64,000 nucleotides of DNA, taken from contig CAVXJC010000006.1 of NCBI GenBank assembly GCA_963762075.1, forward strand, positions 503,943 through 567,942, given 5' to 3'. Position 1 is the stretch's first letter; every line of letters begins with the position of its first letter. The notes beneath the pieces were generated by a model. It did not search any database. It was not told the DNA's origin and saw nothing but the letters and a program-made list of their open reading frames with translations. The translations under genes and the position numbers were made by a program. Below are positions 49,862 to 60,043 of this stretch, in pieces. The DNA is from an uncultured Actinomycetes bacterium. GTDB taxonomy: Bacteria > Actinomycetota > UBA4738 > HRBIN12.

Positions 49862-49909
49862 ATATTGACGGCAGTCGATTCATCTGTCAACGTATCGACG
49901 CCCATCGAT
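49862..49909. promoter_or_regulatory. Divergent overlapping promoters with two ArsR-type operators
   Basis: Minus: TTGACA-17-CAATAT, 6 nt before arsR ATG. Plus: TTGACG-17-CAACGT. Imperfect palindromes ATTGAC-N4-GTCGAT (49864-79) and ATCGAC-N4-ATCGAT (49894-909). Confidence 0.75.
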
Positions 49910-49931
49910 TACTCGAAAGGAGGGGTGCTTG

Positions 49932-49982
49932 ATGAACGAGCCGTGCTGCCCCGAGGATTGTTGCCCGTCGGGCTGCTGCTGA
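49932..49982 (+). CDS. 16-aa Cys-rich peptide MNEPCCPEDCCPSGCC (candidate micro-metallothionein)
   Basis: AAAGGAGG SD 8 nt upstream, promoter and ArsR-type box upstream, hairpin downstream, three CC pairs. Confidence 0.65.
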   Translation: MNEPCCPEDCCPSGCC

Positions 49983-49989
49983 CGCCGGC

Positions 49990-50023
49990 GAAGGGGAGGG
50001 GCCCGTCGAGCCCCTCCCCGTTC
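49990..50023 (+). terminator. GC-rich stem-loop after the Cys-rich sORF
   Basis: GGGGAGGGGC (49993-50002), 7-nt loop, GCCCCTCCCC (50010-50019); no long U-tract. Confidence 0.6.
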
Positions 50024-50138
50024 AGCCCTCCCGGCTCGCCTGGTTCTCCTCTCAACCTCATCCACCGCCTCCCACCAGACCGGGAGCGGATGGGAATGGC
50101 TGGCTCGACCACACCGTCACCAGGGGTTAACGTTGCCC

Positions 50139-50555
50139 ATGACCTCTACGGTGAAGGGGAGCGGGACATCGGACGATCCCTGGGTTCTGCAGACGCCGAG
50201 CCTTCAGGGCGAGTTCCAGATGGTCCGGGATCCCGATGCTGATCCTCCGGCGCTCGTGTGCACCGTGGGCTCGACTGAGCTCCGGTACCACCTTCGAGCG
50301 ATCGAGGATCTGCGCACGATGCTCGTCGAGCGTGGCGACTGGGTGCCGCTCGGTAGTGCCGATGAGCAGAAGCCCGCGAAGGAAGGCACCGTCGAGGCGT
50401 GGGCACGCGACCCCGACAATCCGGTCGGCGGGTGGTACGGACTCAAGAAGGGCCTTCGCGGTCGATTCGGGAACTACGTGCCGCCGGTGCTCGAGGTGAT
50501 GGGGCTCGCCGAGGTGGAGCACAACGCTCGCAACAACCGCATGCGATCCCTCTGA
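50139..50555 (+). CDS. Conserved hypothetical protein (DUF6855-like)
   Basis: 'GT.DDPWVLQTP', 'LGSADEQKPAKEGTVEAWAR..DNPVGGWYGLKKGLRGRF'. Confidence 0.75.
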   Translation: MTSTVKGSGTSDDPWVLQTPSLQGEFQMVRDPDADPPALVCTVGSTELRYHLRAIEDLRTMLVERGDWVPLGSADEQKPAKEGTVEAWARDPDNPVGGWYGLKKGLRGRFGNYVPPVLEVMGLAEVEHNARNNRMRSL

Positions 50556-50707
50556 TCCACACAGCCGGCTGGTGGGACGGCCACCTTGACCTGCCGAACA
50601 CGTACGCCCCTGCATCGTTGGGTGTGCGCTCACCTGCACCCCCGTGGGCTTAGGCCCCGGTCGGCGCCCGACTGACGGTTACGGCGTGTCGTGCCAGGCT
50701 GTCCGGC

Positions 50708-51172
50708 ATGACGAAACTCGAGGCAGGAGACGCCGCTCCCACGTTCGCACTGAGCGACCAGCACGGCGAGACCGTTCGGCTCGAGGACTTCAAGGGACGG
50801 AAGCTGCTCGTCTACTTCTACCCGGAAGCCGACACCCCCGGATGCACCACGCAATCGTGCGACGTTCGCGACCATCGTCAAGAGTTCGCGCAGCTGGGCG
50901 TCGATGTCGTGGGCATATCTCCTGACCGGCCCGAGAAACAGCTCGCGTTCGACGAGAAGTTCTCGCTCGGCTTCCCGCTCCTCGCCGACACGGACCACTC
51001 CGTCGCCGAGGAATGGGGAACCTGGGGCGAAAAGAAGCTCTACGGCAAGACGTACATCGGCCTCACCCGATCGTCGTTCCTGATCGACGAGCGGGGCCGG
51101 GTGCAGGAGGCCTGGTACAGGGTGAAGGCGGACCAGACCGTGCCGAAGGCGAAGGACGCCCTCGCGGGCTGA
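50708..51172 (+). CDS. bcp: Peroxiredoxin Bcp/PrxQ
   Basis: YFYPEADTPGCTTQSC. Confidence 0.92.
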   Translation: MTKLEAGDAAPTFALSDQHGETVRLEDFKGRKLLVYFYPEADTPGCTTQSCDVRDHRQEFAQLGVDVVGISPDRPEKQLAFDEKFSLGFPLLADTDHSVAEEWGTWGEKKLYGKTYIGLTRSSFLIDERGRVQEAWYRVKADQTVPKAKDALAG

Positions 51173-51214
51173 CCGAGGGAACCCTCGAAGGCTCGATCGC
51201 GTCACCTCTCACGA

Positions 51215-52549
51215 ATGGTGATGCCACATCGGGCCCTCGGTGGCCCCCGAGGGGTCGTGTCGGTCTTCGCCCTGGTGCTCCTCGCGTCGGGCTGCGACGG
51301 CGGACCCTCCCGGCCGTCGGTCTCCGCGACGATCACGCCTTCGTCACCGAGGGCGTCCGCTCCTGCATCGTCTCCCACAACCGAACCCGACAGCCGCTCC
51401 GGCACGGTGTGGCCGATCAAGCATGTCGTGTTCCTGGTCAAGGAGAACCGAACCTTCGACAACCTCTTCGGCACGTTCCCGGGTGCCGACGGCGTCTCGT
51501 TCGGCTTCGACGACGGCAAGCGACGACCACTCACCCGGGGAACCGACGGAAGCATCGGCTCCGAGGACATCGCCCACTGCTACGAGTGCTCCCTTGCGGC
51601 ATGGAATCACGGTGAGATGGACGGGTTCAACCAGGACGCCACCACAGATCGGTGGGCCTACACGCAGCTCAGGCGGTCGCAGCTTCCGAACTACTGGCAC
51701 TGGGCCGAGAAGTTCGTCCTCGCGGATCGGTTCTTCTCCTCCGCCCAGGGGCCGTCGTTCCCGAACCACCTGTACACCATCGCGGCGCAGTCGGGTGGCG
51801 CACACGACAACCCCCGAAGGCATGGTGCCTTCCGCTCCAGCAACACGTTCGGATGCGACGCGCCCAAGGGGCAGACCGTGACGGTCGTCGACAGCGAAGG
51901 CAAGGAACGACAAGTACGGCCGTGCTTCGAGTTCCGGACCGAAGGCGACCTCTTGAACGACGCCGGCATCGATTGGGCGTACTACGCCGCCGAACCTGAC
52001 CAGCTCGGCTACATCTGGTCGGCCTACGCCGCGATCGGTCACATCCGGGAAACGCGCCAGTGGAAGGAGCACATCCTTCCTGTCGACCGCTTGATCGCTG
52101 ATATCGACAGGGATCGACTGCCCCCGATCACCTGGATCTCACCTCGGTACGAGGTCTCGGAGCATCCGCAGTTCAGCTTCTGCGCCGGCGAGAACTGGTC
52201 CACGCAGGTGATCAACGCCATCATGCGGAGCCCGATGTGGAAGAACACTGCCATCTTCGTGACGTGGGACGACTACGGCGGCTTCTACGATCACGTGGCG
52301 CCGCCGCAGGTCGACGACTTCGGGTTCGGCATACGGGTCCCCTTGCTCGTGATCTCGCCCTATGCGCTGAAGGGTGTGATCGATCATCGCCTCGGAGAGT
52401 TCTCGAGCGTGCTGCGGTTCATCGAGGACAACTGGCGGCTCGGACGGCTCACCGGGCGTGATCGGTCGGCGAAGAACCTCTCGTACGACTTCGATTTCAC
52501 ACAAGAGCCTCGGCCGCCCGATCCGTTGCCGCTTCGCACCGATTGCTAG
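51215..52549 (+). CDS. Phosphoesterase / phospholipase C family lipoprotein
   Basis: Lipobox LASGC; [43 protein letters not shown]. Confidence 0.88.
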   Translation: MVMPHRALGGPRGVVSVFALVLLASGCDGGPSRPSVSATITPSSPRASAPASSPTTEPDSRSGTVWPIKHVVFLVKENRTFDNLFGTFPGADGVSFGFDDGKRRPLTRGTDGSIGSEDIAHCYECSLAAWNHGEMDGFNQDATTDRWAYTQLRRSQLPNYWHWAEKFVLADRFFSSAQGPSFPNHLYTIAAQSGGAHDNPRRHGAFRSSNTFGCDAPKGQTVTVVDSEGKERQVRPCFEFRTEGDLLNDAGIDWAYYAAEPDQLGYIWSAYAAIGHIRETRQWKEHILPVDRLIADIDRDRLPPITWISPRYEVSEHPQFSFCAGENWSTQVINAIMRSPMWKNTAIFVTWDDYGGFYDHVAPPQVDDFGFGIRVPLLVISPYALKGVIDHRLGEFSSVLRFIEDNWRLGRLTGRDRSAKNLSYDFDFTQEPRPPDPLPLRTDC

Positions 52550-52572
52550 CCGGCAGATCGACATCGAGCCCG

Positions 52573-52661
52573 CGGAGACGGTGAGATTCGAACTCACGAG
52601 GGAGTGTTACCCCCCTAACCGCTTAGCAGGCGGCTCCTTTCGGCCTCTCAGGCACGTCTCC
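52573..52661 (-). tRNA. tRNA-Ser(GCT)
   Basis: Acceptor GGAGACG/CGTCTCC, anticodon loop ctGCTaa, long variable arm. Confidence 0.95.
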
Positions 52662-52712
52662 GTCGATGATTCTAGCGGCGCTGCCTGTGGGCTCGCGGGT
52701 ACGCTTCGCGCG

Positions 52713-53894
52713 ATGCCCGACGTGGTGATCGTGGGAGGCGGCATCATCGGCGCCGCATGCTCGTACGAGCTGGCTTCGCGAGGCGCCTCGGTGACCCTGG
52801 TTGAACGTGACCACCTCGCGGCGCATGCGTCGGGCCGCAATCAAGGCCTGTGGGTGCTTCCCGACGACGACGTGAACATGCCGATGGCTCGCGCGAGTCT
52901 CGAGATGTACCAGCGCATCGCCACGGACTCGCCGCTCGACGTCCGGCTCGACGGAACGCCCGTGGGTACCGTGCTCGCCGCCATGGATGCCCGCGAGGTG
53001 CGGGTGGCAGAGGAAACCGTCGCCCGGGCTGAGAGGCACGGCTTCTCGGTCGACGACATCTCCGGGCCCGCCGACATCCGCGACGCCGAGCCAGGGCTCA
53101 CCCGCAACGTCGCCGGCGCCTGGCTCGTTCACAGCGGGTACCGGCTCGATCCCGGCGCGCTCACGGTCACGCTCGCGCTGGCAGCCGCCGAGCGCGGGGC
53201 GGACATACGCCACCACTCCAATGCTCGAGGCCTCACCCTCGCAGGCGACCGGGTCCGAGGTGTGGTGACCGACGACGGCATGATCGAGGCCGCCACCACG
53301 ATCGTGGCGGCCGGACCGTGGACGTCGCCGCTCCTGGAGCAGGCCGGCGTGCACCTCCCGATCATCGGCGCCCGCGGGTGGCTAGTCCGGGTCGCTCCCA
53401 TGAAGCAGCAACTGCTCACACATCTGGTCGAGGCGCCCGGGCCTCATGCTCGTCTGCGTGAGGGCGCGGCCCCCGCGTGGCCCTCATCGTCGGAGGTCAT
53501 CAGCGAGGGCGAGCCGCGCAGCGAGATCGGATCGCTGTTGCACCCGCATCGCGATGGACGGACCATCGTGATCGGGTCGACCCGCCAGATCTGGCTCTCT
53601 CCCGAGCCGCCCCAAGAGCAGATCGTGGGCCGGCTGCTCGCGGCGGCGACCGGGCTCGTGCCCGAGATCGCAGACGCCGCCGTGCAGTCGTCGTGGTGGG
53701 GCTTGCGGCCGCTCACGCCCGACGAGCGGCCCCTCGTCGGCGCCGTGCGCGAAGGTTTGCACGTGGCGACCGGTCACGGATCCGAAGGCGTGATCCTGGG
53801 TGCCGGCACTGCACAGCTCGTCGCCGCGCAGATCGCCGGCGAGCGGTCTCCCTTCGATCCTGTCCCCTTCGAACCTCTGCGCTTCGGCGAGTGA
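52713..53894 (+). CDS. FAD-dependent oxidoreductase (DAO/glycine oxidase family)
   Basis: VGGGIIG, ASGRNQG, GLRPLTPD, ATGHG. Confidence 0.9.
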   Translation: MPDVVIVGGGIIGAACSYELASRGASVTLVERDHLAAHASGRNQGLWVLPDDDVNMPMARASLEMYQRIATDSPLDVRLDGTPVGTVLAAMDAREVRVAEETVARAERHGFSVDDISGPADIRDAEPGLTRNVAGAWLVHSGYRLDPGALTVTLALAAAERGADIRHHSNARGLTLAGDRVRGVVTDDGMIEAATTIVAAGPWTSPLLEQAGVHLPIIGARGWLVRVAPMKQQLLTHLVEAPGPHARLREGAAPAWPSSSEVISEGEPRSEIGSLLHPHRDGRTIVIGSTRQIWLSPEPPQEQIVGRLLAAATGLVPEIADAAVQSSWWGLRPLTPDERPLVGAVREGLHVATGHGSEGVILGAGTAQLVAAQIAGERSPFDPVPFEPLRFGE

Positions 53895-53957
53895 CGGGCG
53901 GATCCGGCCGGGAGACACGCCGCAACATGCGGCGATACGATTCCGGACCTACCTGCC

Positions 53958-55241
53958 ATGGCCATCCTCACCCTCGGGGTTTCCTTCCGTCGAGCATCGA
54001 TCGAGCTGCTGGAGCGGCTCGCCTTCGCTGACGACGACTTGACCAAGGCCTATCGGGTCGCCGCCGACCTCGATGGCCTCGACGGGGCGGTCATCCTCTC
54101 GACCTGCAACCGGGTAGAGGTTTACGGAGACGTGGCGAGTTACCACTCGGGTTTCTTGGCGCTGAAGCGTCTGCTGACCGAGACGCGAGAGATCGCAGCC
54201 GAGGAGATCGCCGAGCCTCTCTACGCCCATTGGGAGCGAGATGCGGCCGATCACCTGTTCTCGGTCGGAGGGGGTCTCGACTCCATGGTGCTCGGCGAGA
54301 CGCAGATCCACGCGCAGGTGCGTGAGGCGTTACGGCGCGCCGGCGCAGAGGGCGCCGCGACCCCGGCGCTCACGGCGCTGTTCCACACCGCGGCGCGTGC
54401 CGGGCGCAGGGTTCGGCAGGAGACCTCGCTCGGAGCCGCGCCCGACACCTTCGTGTCACTCGGCGCCGACCTCGCAGACACGGCGGCGGGTGGCCTCGCC
54501 GAGCGCGACGTGGTCGTTGTCGGCGCCGGCGTCATGGCTGCGCTCGCGGTGAAGCATCTGCGCGGGCGCGGCATGCGCAGAGTGCGCATCCTGAACCGGT
54601 CGCTCGAGCACGCGCAAGCCCTCGCCAGCCGGACCGGCGCCGAGCACGGCGAGCTCGGCAGCCTGCCCGAGGCCTTGCGTCACGCCGATCTCGTGGTGAG
54701 TGCGACCGGCGCGGGGGGTCTGGTGATCCACCGTTCGGCCGTCGCCGATGCCTTGTCGGCTCGTCACGGACGTCCGCTGGTGCTGCTCGACCTCGCCGTG
54801 CCGCGCGATGTCGAGCCTGGGGCTGCCGATCTCCACGGCGCGAGCGTGATCGACATCGTCTCGATCCGCGAATGTCTGGCCGAGACCGATGCCACGACGG
54901 ATGCTGACATCGCCCGGGCCCACGAGATCGTGGCGGGCGAGACGCATCGATACATGATGCGCCGCCGTGGCGATGAGCTCGGCCCCCTGATCCGAGCGGT
55001 GCGTCGCCGTGGCGACGAGGTCGCGCGGTTAGAGATGCAGCGGCAGGCGTCGCGGCTCGCATCTCTCACCCCCGACGAGCGAGAGGCCGTCGAAGCCCTC
55101 GCGCGAGGCATCACCGCCAAGCTGTTGCACGACCCGATCGTCGAACTGAAGGAGCGCTCGGAGCCCGGAGTCGACGGGGGCCACGCTCGAGTGCTGGCGG
55201 AGTTGCTCGGCATCGACGAAGATACCGACCCTTCGTCGTGA
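53958..55241 (+). CDS. hemA: Glutamyl-tRNA reductase
   Basis: STCNRVE, LDSMVLGETQI, GAGVM, DLAVPRD. Confidence 0.95.
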   Translation: MAILTLGVSFRRASIELLERLAFADDDLTKAYRVAADLDGLDGAVILSTCNRVEVYGDVASYHSGFLALKRLLTETREIAAEEIAEPLYAHWERDAADHLFSVGGGLDSMVLGETQIHAQVREALRRAGAEGAATPALTALFHTAARAGRRVRQETSLGAAPDTFVSLGADLADTAAGGLAERDVVVVGAGVMAALAVKHLRGRGMRRVRILNRSLEHAQALASRTGAEHGELGSLPEALRHADLVVSATGAGGLVIHRSAVADALSARHGRPLVLLDLAVPRDVEPGAADLHGASVIDIVSIRECLAETDATTDADIARAHEIVAGETHRYMMRRRGDELGPLIRAVRRRGDEVARLEMQRQASRLASLTPDEREAVEALARGITAKLLHDPIVELKERSEPGVDGGHARVLAELLGIDEDTDPSS

Positions 55242-56140
55242 GCGTGCTGCGCATCGGGACCCGTCGCTCGCCGCTCGCGCTCGCCCAAGCGGAGGAGATC
55301 CGCATCCGTTTGGAGGCGACCGGTGTGCTCGCCGACATCGTTCCCATGAGCACCTCGGGCGACGAGGGCGCTTCTGCGGTTGCTTCCCCACAGGGGCTCA
55401 AGGGGCTCTGGATCGACACGATCCTCGATGCGCTGGAGGCCGGCGACATCGACATCGCAGTGCATTCTGCCAAGGATCTTCCCGCTGAGGACGACGAGGG
55501 CTTCACGATCGCCGCTGTACCCGAACGCGAGGATCCGTCCGACGTGCTGGTGAGCCGCGATGCTGCCTCGCTGCCGCCGGGTGCGTTGATCGGCACGTCG
55601 AGCCTGCGGCGCCGAGCCCAACTCCTCGCCGGGTTCCCGGGGCTCGAAGTCGTCGACTTGCGTGGCAACGTACAGACGCGTCTTCGTAAGGTCGCCGAAG
55701 GTGAGGTCGATGCGGCGGTGCTGGCTGCCGCAGGCCTGCATCGTCTCGGACTCGAGCCCGAGCACGCCCGAGCGCTCCCCCTCGCGATGATGGTGCCCGC
55801 CCCCGGCCAGGGCTGCCTGGCCGTGCAGACTCGCGACGACGACGATGACGCCATGGCGGCCGTGGCGCCGCTCGATCATGCACCGAGCCACCGAGCTCTC
55901 GATGCCGAGAGGTCGCTGATGTGGCGGTTGGGCGGTGGGTGTGCGCTTCCTTTGGGGGCGCACGCGATCGTCGGTGTGGAATCGATCTCGCTCTCGGCCA
56001 TCGTTGCCACGCCCGACGGCACCACGGTGCTGCGGGCGGAGTCTGAAGGAGGAACCCCCGAAGACGCGGCCACTGCGGCGGCCAAGGAGCTGATCGACCA
56101 GGGAGCAGAGCGCATCCTCGACGAGGCCGAGGCCGGTTGA
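55238..56140 (+). CDS. hemC: Hydroxymethylbilane synthase
   Basis: IGTRRSPLA, VHSAKD, GTSSLRR, LRGNV, GGGC. Confidence 0.95.
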   Translation: MSVLRIGTRRSPLALAQAEEIRIRLEATGVLADIVPMSTSGDEGASAVASPQGLKGLWIDTILDALEAGDIDIAVHSAKDLPAEDDEGFTIAAVPEREDPSDVLVSRDAASLPPGALIGTSSLRRRAQLLAGFPGLEVVDLRGNVQTRLRKVAEGEVDAAVLAAAGLHRLGLEPEHARALPLAMMVPAPGQGCLAVQTRDDDDDAMAAVAPLDHAPSHRALDAERSLMWRLGGGCALPLGAHAIVGVESISLSAIVATPDGTTVLRAESEGGTPEDAATAAAKELIDQGAERILDEAEAG

Positions 56141-56886
56141 GCAGGCCGCTTCAGGGTCGGACGGTGCTCGTCACCAGGCCGGCCGACCAGTCGGCCTGGC
56201 TCGCGGCTGCGCTGCGACGCCGCGGTGCCCGCCCCATCGTCGCTCCCGCGATCGAGATCGTGCCGGCGCGATCGGCCGCGCTGACAGCGGCCCTTCACGA
56301 GCTCGAGACCGGCGCGTTCACGTGGCTCACACTGACCAGCCGGGCTACCGTCGCGATGCTTGCTGACCGCCTCGACGGGCCGCGGGCGGTGGGCACAACG
56401 AAGGTCGCCGCGATTGGTGGCGGCACGGCGAGGGAGTTCCGCCGGTGGGCCCGTCGGGACCCAGATCTCGTCCCGACCACGTTCACGACCGCGGGACTTG
56501 GCCGGGCCTTCCCCCGCGGTGTCGGGCGGGTGCTTTGCGCGCGCGCCGACATCGCACCCGACGGGCTCGAGGTCGCCCTTGAGAAGAAGGGATGGTCACC
56601 GACCCGCGTCGACGCCTACCGCACCCGCATGCCCCGGTCCCTGCCGGTCGAAGCCCGCGAGGCGCTGCGATCGGGCGTCGTCGACGCCGTCACGTTCACG
56701 AGCGCGTCGACCGTGCGCGGGTTCGTGGGCGCGCTCGGAACCGTGAAGGGGTCTCCGAAAGTCGTCTGCATCGGGCCTGTGACGGCGAAGGAAGCACGCG
56801 CCCACGGATTCATCGTGCACGCCGTGGCCACTCCGCACACGGTCGATGGACTGGTCGAGGCACTCGAGCGAGTGCTGACGCCCTGA
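56137..56886 (+). CDS. hemD: Uroporphyrinogen-III synthase
   Basis: VLVTRP, LTS, FTSASTV, CIGPVT; operon position. Confidence 0.9.
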   Translation: MSRPLQGRTVLVTRPADQSAWLAAALRRRGARPIVAPAIEIVPARSAALTAALHELETGAFTWLTLTSRATVAMLADRLDGPRAVGTTKVAAIGGGTAREFRRWARRDPDLVPTTFTTAGLGRAFPRGVGRVLCARADIAPDGLEVALEKKGWSPTRVDAYRTRMPRSLPVEAREALRSGVVDAVTFTSASTVRGFVGALGTVKGSPKVVCIGPVTAKEARAHGFIVHAVATPHTVDGLVEALERVLTP

Positions 56887-56929
56887 ACGTCGTTGGCGTG
56901 ACGGGCCCCGCCGCCGCTACGCTGCAACG

Positions 56930-57916
56930 ATGAGCTTCCCCGAGCAGCGGTTCCGGCGCCTGCGCCGTACCCCGGCGATGAGAGCGTTGGTCCGTGAGAC
57001 CAGGCTGCACGCCGACGACCTGATCATGCCGCTGTTCTGCAAGCAGGGGATGGACGGGCCGGTGGCCATCTCGTCGATGCCGGGACAGTTCCAGCATTCG
57101 CTGGAGTCGTTGCGGAAGGAAGCCGTCGAGACCGCCGAGACCGGAGTACGAGCGTTCATGCTCTTCGGGGTGCCGACCACCAAGGACCCCGAAGGGTCCG
57201 AGGCGTGGAATCCCAGTGGCATCGCGCAGCTCGCGATCTCCGCCCTGCGAGTGGAATTCGGTGACGACGCGGTCGTCATGAGCGACCTCTGCCTCGACGA
57301 GTACACCGACCACGGACACTGTGGCGTGCTGAACGACCGGGGTGAAGTCGACAACGACGCCACCCTCGAGCGGTATCAGCGCATCGCCATCGCACAGGCC
57401 GAGGCCGGCGCTCATATCGTCGGGCCCAGCGGCATGATGGACGGACAGGTCGCCGCGATCCGCCGGGCGCTCGACGACGGCGAGAGACACGATGTCGCGA
57501 TCTTGGCGTATGCGGCGAAGTTCGCGAGCGCCCTCTACGGTCCGTTCCGGGAGGCGGCCGAAGGCGCGCCACAGTTCGGCGACCGCACGGGCTACCAACA
57601 GGACCCCTCCAACGCCGCCGAGGCGATGCGCGAGATCCGAGCAGACATCGACGAGGGCGCCGACATCGTGATGGTGAAGCCGGCGCTGCCGTACCTCGAC
57701 ATCGTGCACAGGGCGAAGGCCGAGACAGGCTTTCCGATCGCTGCCTACCAGGTCAGCGGGGAGTACGCGATGTTGAAGGCGGCGGCGACCAACGGCTGGC
57801 TCGACGAACGGCGCAGTGTGCTCGAGACGCTCACGTCGATCCGCCGGGCGGGCGCGGACATGATCCTCACCTACCACGCGAAAGAGGCGGCCGGCTGGCT
57901 CGGGGAGAACCGCTGA
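56930..57916 (+). CDS. hemB: Porphobilinogen synthase
   Basis: RRLR, DLCLDEYTDHGHCG, PSGMMDG, YGPFR, MVKPA, YQVSGEY. Confidence 0.97.
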   Translation: MSFPEQRFRRLRRTPAMRALVRETRLHADDLIMPLFCKQGMDGPVAISSMPGQFQHSLESLRKEAVETAETGVRAFMLFGVPTTKDPEGSEAWNPSGIAQLAISALRVEFGDDAVVMSDLCLDEYTDHGHCGVLNDRGEVDNDATLERYQRIAIAQAEAGAHIVGPSGMMDGQVAAIRRALDDGERHDVAILAYAAKFASALYGPFREAAEGAPQFGDRTGYQQDPSNAAEAMREIRADIDEGADIVMVKPALPYLDIVHRAKAETGFPIAAYQVSGEYAMLKAAATNGWLDERRSVLETLTSIRRAGADMILTYHAKEAAGWLGENR

Positions 57917-58024
57917 CCGAGCGCTACGACGTCGTGGGTGTTCGCCTCCCCCGCGAGGTGCGAATTCGTTGCACGCACAGGAAGCGCCGATCAGACCTCA
58001 TACCGGCGCGGCTACCATTTGCGC

Positions 58025-59317
58025 GTGGATCCGGTGTCTCGTTCCGAGGAGCTGTTCGAACGCGCCCGCGCGGTCATCCCAGGCGGAGTGGACTCACCGG
58101 TTCGCGCCTTCGGAGCGGTCGGGGGCACACCGAGGTTCATCGATCGCGGTGAAGGTGCCTACCTGATCGACGCCGACGGCAACCGATACATCGACTTCGT
58201 GCAATCGTGGGGAGCCCTTCTGTTCGGTCATGCGCGCCGCGAGATCGTCGACGCAGCGAGAGCTGCGGCCGAGAGAGGAACGTCGTTCGGTGCGCCGACA
58301 CTCGGTGAGGTCGAGCTCGCTGAACGCATCGTCGACGCGGTGCCGGGTATCGATCGTGCGCGGCTGGTGAACAGCGGGACCGAGGCGGCGATGAGCGCAA
58401 TCCGGCTGGCGCGCGGCGCCACCGGTCGCGACCTGCTCGTGAAGTTCGACGGTTGCTACCACGGCCACTCCGACTCGCTGCTCGCCAAGGGGGGCGGCAG
58501 CGGGCTCGCGACCCTTGGGATCCCGTCATCACCGGGGGTGACCGAGGGTGCAGCGCGCGATACCCTCACCGCCCCGTTCAACGACCTCGACGCGGTCGCC
58601 GCACTGTTCGACGAGCGGGGCGGTGACATCGCGGTCGTGATGATCGAGCCCGTCGCAGCGAACATGGGCGTGGTGCCGCCTGAGACGGGGCTCCTCGAAG
58701 GGTTGCGTGCCCTTTGCGACCGTCATGGCGCATTGCTGGCGTTCGACGAGGTGATCACGGGCTTCCGAATCGCATACGGCGGAGCACAGTCGCGCTACGG
58801 CGTCACTCCGGACATCACGGTCCTCGGAAAGGTCATGGGTGGGGGCTTCCCGTGCGCGGCGTTCGGAGGTAAGGCCGAGATCATGTCGCACCTCGCCCCC
58901 GATGGGCCCGTGTACCAAGCCGGCACCCTGAGCGGGAACCCGGTGGCCGTCGCCGCCGGTATCGCAGCGCTCGACCTCGCCCGTGCGGCCGATCCCTACC
59001 CTGGACTCGAGACGACCGCCGACACGCTCATCGACGGCATCGAAGTCTCGCTCGGATCGGCCGGCCTGCCGGTCACCATCAATCGAGCGGGATCGATGTT
59101 CAGCCTGTTCTTCACAGAAGATGCCGGCGCCCCCGTCCGCGACTTCGCAGACGCGCGCGCCGCCGATCACGGTCGGTACGGGCGATTCTTCCATCACATG
59201 CTCGACCGTGGCGTGGCGCTGCCGCCGTCGGGGTACGAGATGTGGACCCTGGGCACGGCGCACGGCCCCGAGGAAACGGAGAGAACCCTCGAAGCCGTGG
59301 CGTCGTTCCGGGACTGA
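58025..59317 (+). CDS. hemL: Glutamate-1-semialdehyde 2,1-aminomutase
   Basis: PGGVDSPVRAF, NSGTEA, GCYHGH, FDEVITGFR, LGKVMGGG, YQAGTLSGNP. Confidence 0.96.
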   Translation: MDPVSRSEELFERARAVIPGGVDSPVRAFGAVGGTPRFIDRGEGAYLIDADGNRYIDFVQSWGALLFGHARREIVDAARAAAERGTSFGAPTLGEVELAERIVDAVPGIDRARLVNSGTEAAMSAIRLARGATGRDLLVKFDGCYHGHSDSLLAKGGGSGLATLGIPSSPGVTEGAARDTLTAPFNDLDAVAALFDERGGDIAVVMIEPVAANMGVVPPETGLLEGLRALCDRHGALLAFDEVITGFRIAYGGAQSRYGVTPDITVLGKVMGGGFPCAAFGGKAEIMSHLAPDGPVYQAGTLSGNPVAVAAGIAALDLARAADPYPGLETTADTLIDGIEVSLGSAGLPVTINRAGSMFSLFFTEDAGAPVRDFADARAADHGRYGRFFHHMLDRGVALPPSGYEMWTLGTAHGPEETERTLEAVASFRD

Positions 59318-59396
59318 CGCGGCAGGTGGGCCGGTCCCGGAGCCGTCCCCGGCGCCGGACGGGCAGTCGGACGCCGGGGAGGTGTCGCGAGTCGAG

Positions 59397-59864
59397 CTAG
59401 GCGACCGCGACCTCGGCGAGTTGCAGCGCCTCGGTCAGATCGACTCGCTCGACCTTGGTCGCGAGGCAGAAGGTGCCGATCACACGGTCGAGCGCATCGT
59501 GCGTCGGCGCGACCCGGCATCGAACGGTGGCACGGGCTCCCTCGAGCGTGAACGCGGCGGTCTCGCCGTTGAGGGCCGCGATGTGCGCGTCGAGCAACGC
59601 GAGGTTCGGGCCTTCCATGCCGAAGACCGCGATCAGGTCACGGCCCTCGACCTTCGAGCGTGGCATGCCCACGACCTCAGACGCCGCGCCGGTCACCGTG
59701 CGCACTCGAAGCGCTGTGTCGGTGCTCCAGAAGAACACCGGCCGCCCTTCCGTTGCCGCTTCCATCGTCGCCGCATTCGAGAATCGCGAGTGCGGAGGCG
59801 GAGGCGGAGGTGCTTGGGGGATCGGAACCGTGTCGGTGATGCCGATCAATTCCCACTGTCGCAT
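59397..59864 (-). CDS. Stand-alone PAS-domain protein
   Basis: 'FWSTDTALRVRTVTG...VEGRDL...HIAALNGE...VIG'; GGAGG SD before ATG 59864. Confidence 0.65.
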   Translation of the reverse strand: MRQWELIGITDTVPIPQAPPPPPPHSRFSNAATMEAATEGRPVFFWSTDTALRVRTVTGAASEVVGMPRSKVEGRDLIAVFGMEGPNLALLDAHIAALNGETAAFTLEGARATVRCRVAPTHDALDRVIGTFCLATKVERVDLTEALQLAEVAVA

Positions 59865-60043
59865 CGATCTCACCCCTCCCGAGGTTTGGGGACGCTTCGT
59901 TACCTTGTTTCGGGTAGCGCAGGGGTGTTTCCGCATAGGACCTTCGACGGTTCTTCGCGCACCCGCCGAAAGACCTAGGTGACGCCCATACGATGCATCC
60001 GTCCAGCGCTAGGACACTCGCTGGTCTTGAGTGCGGGTCGTCG

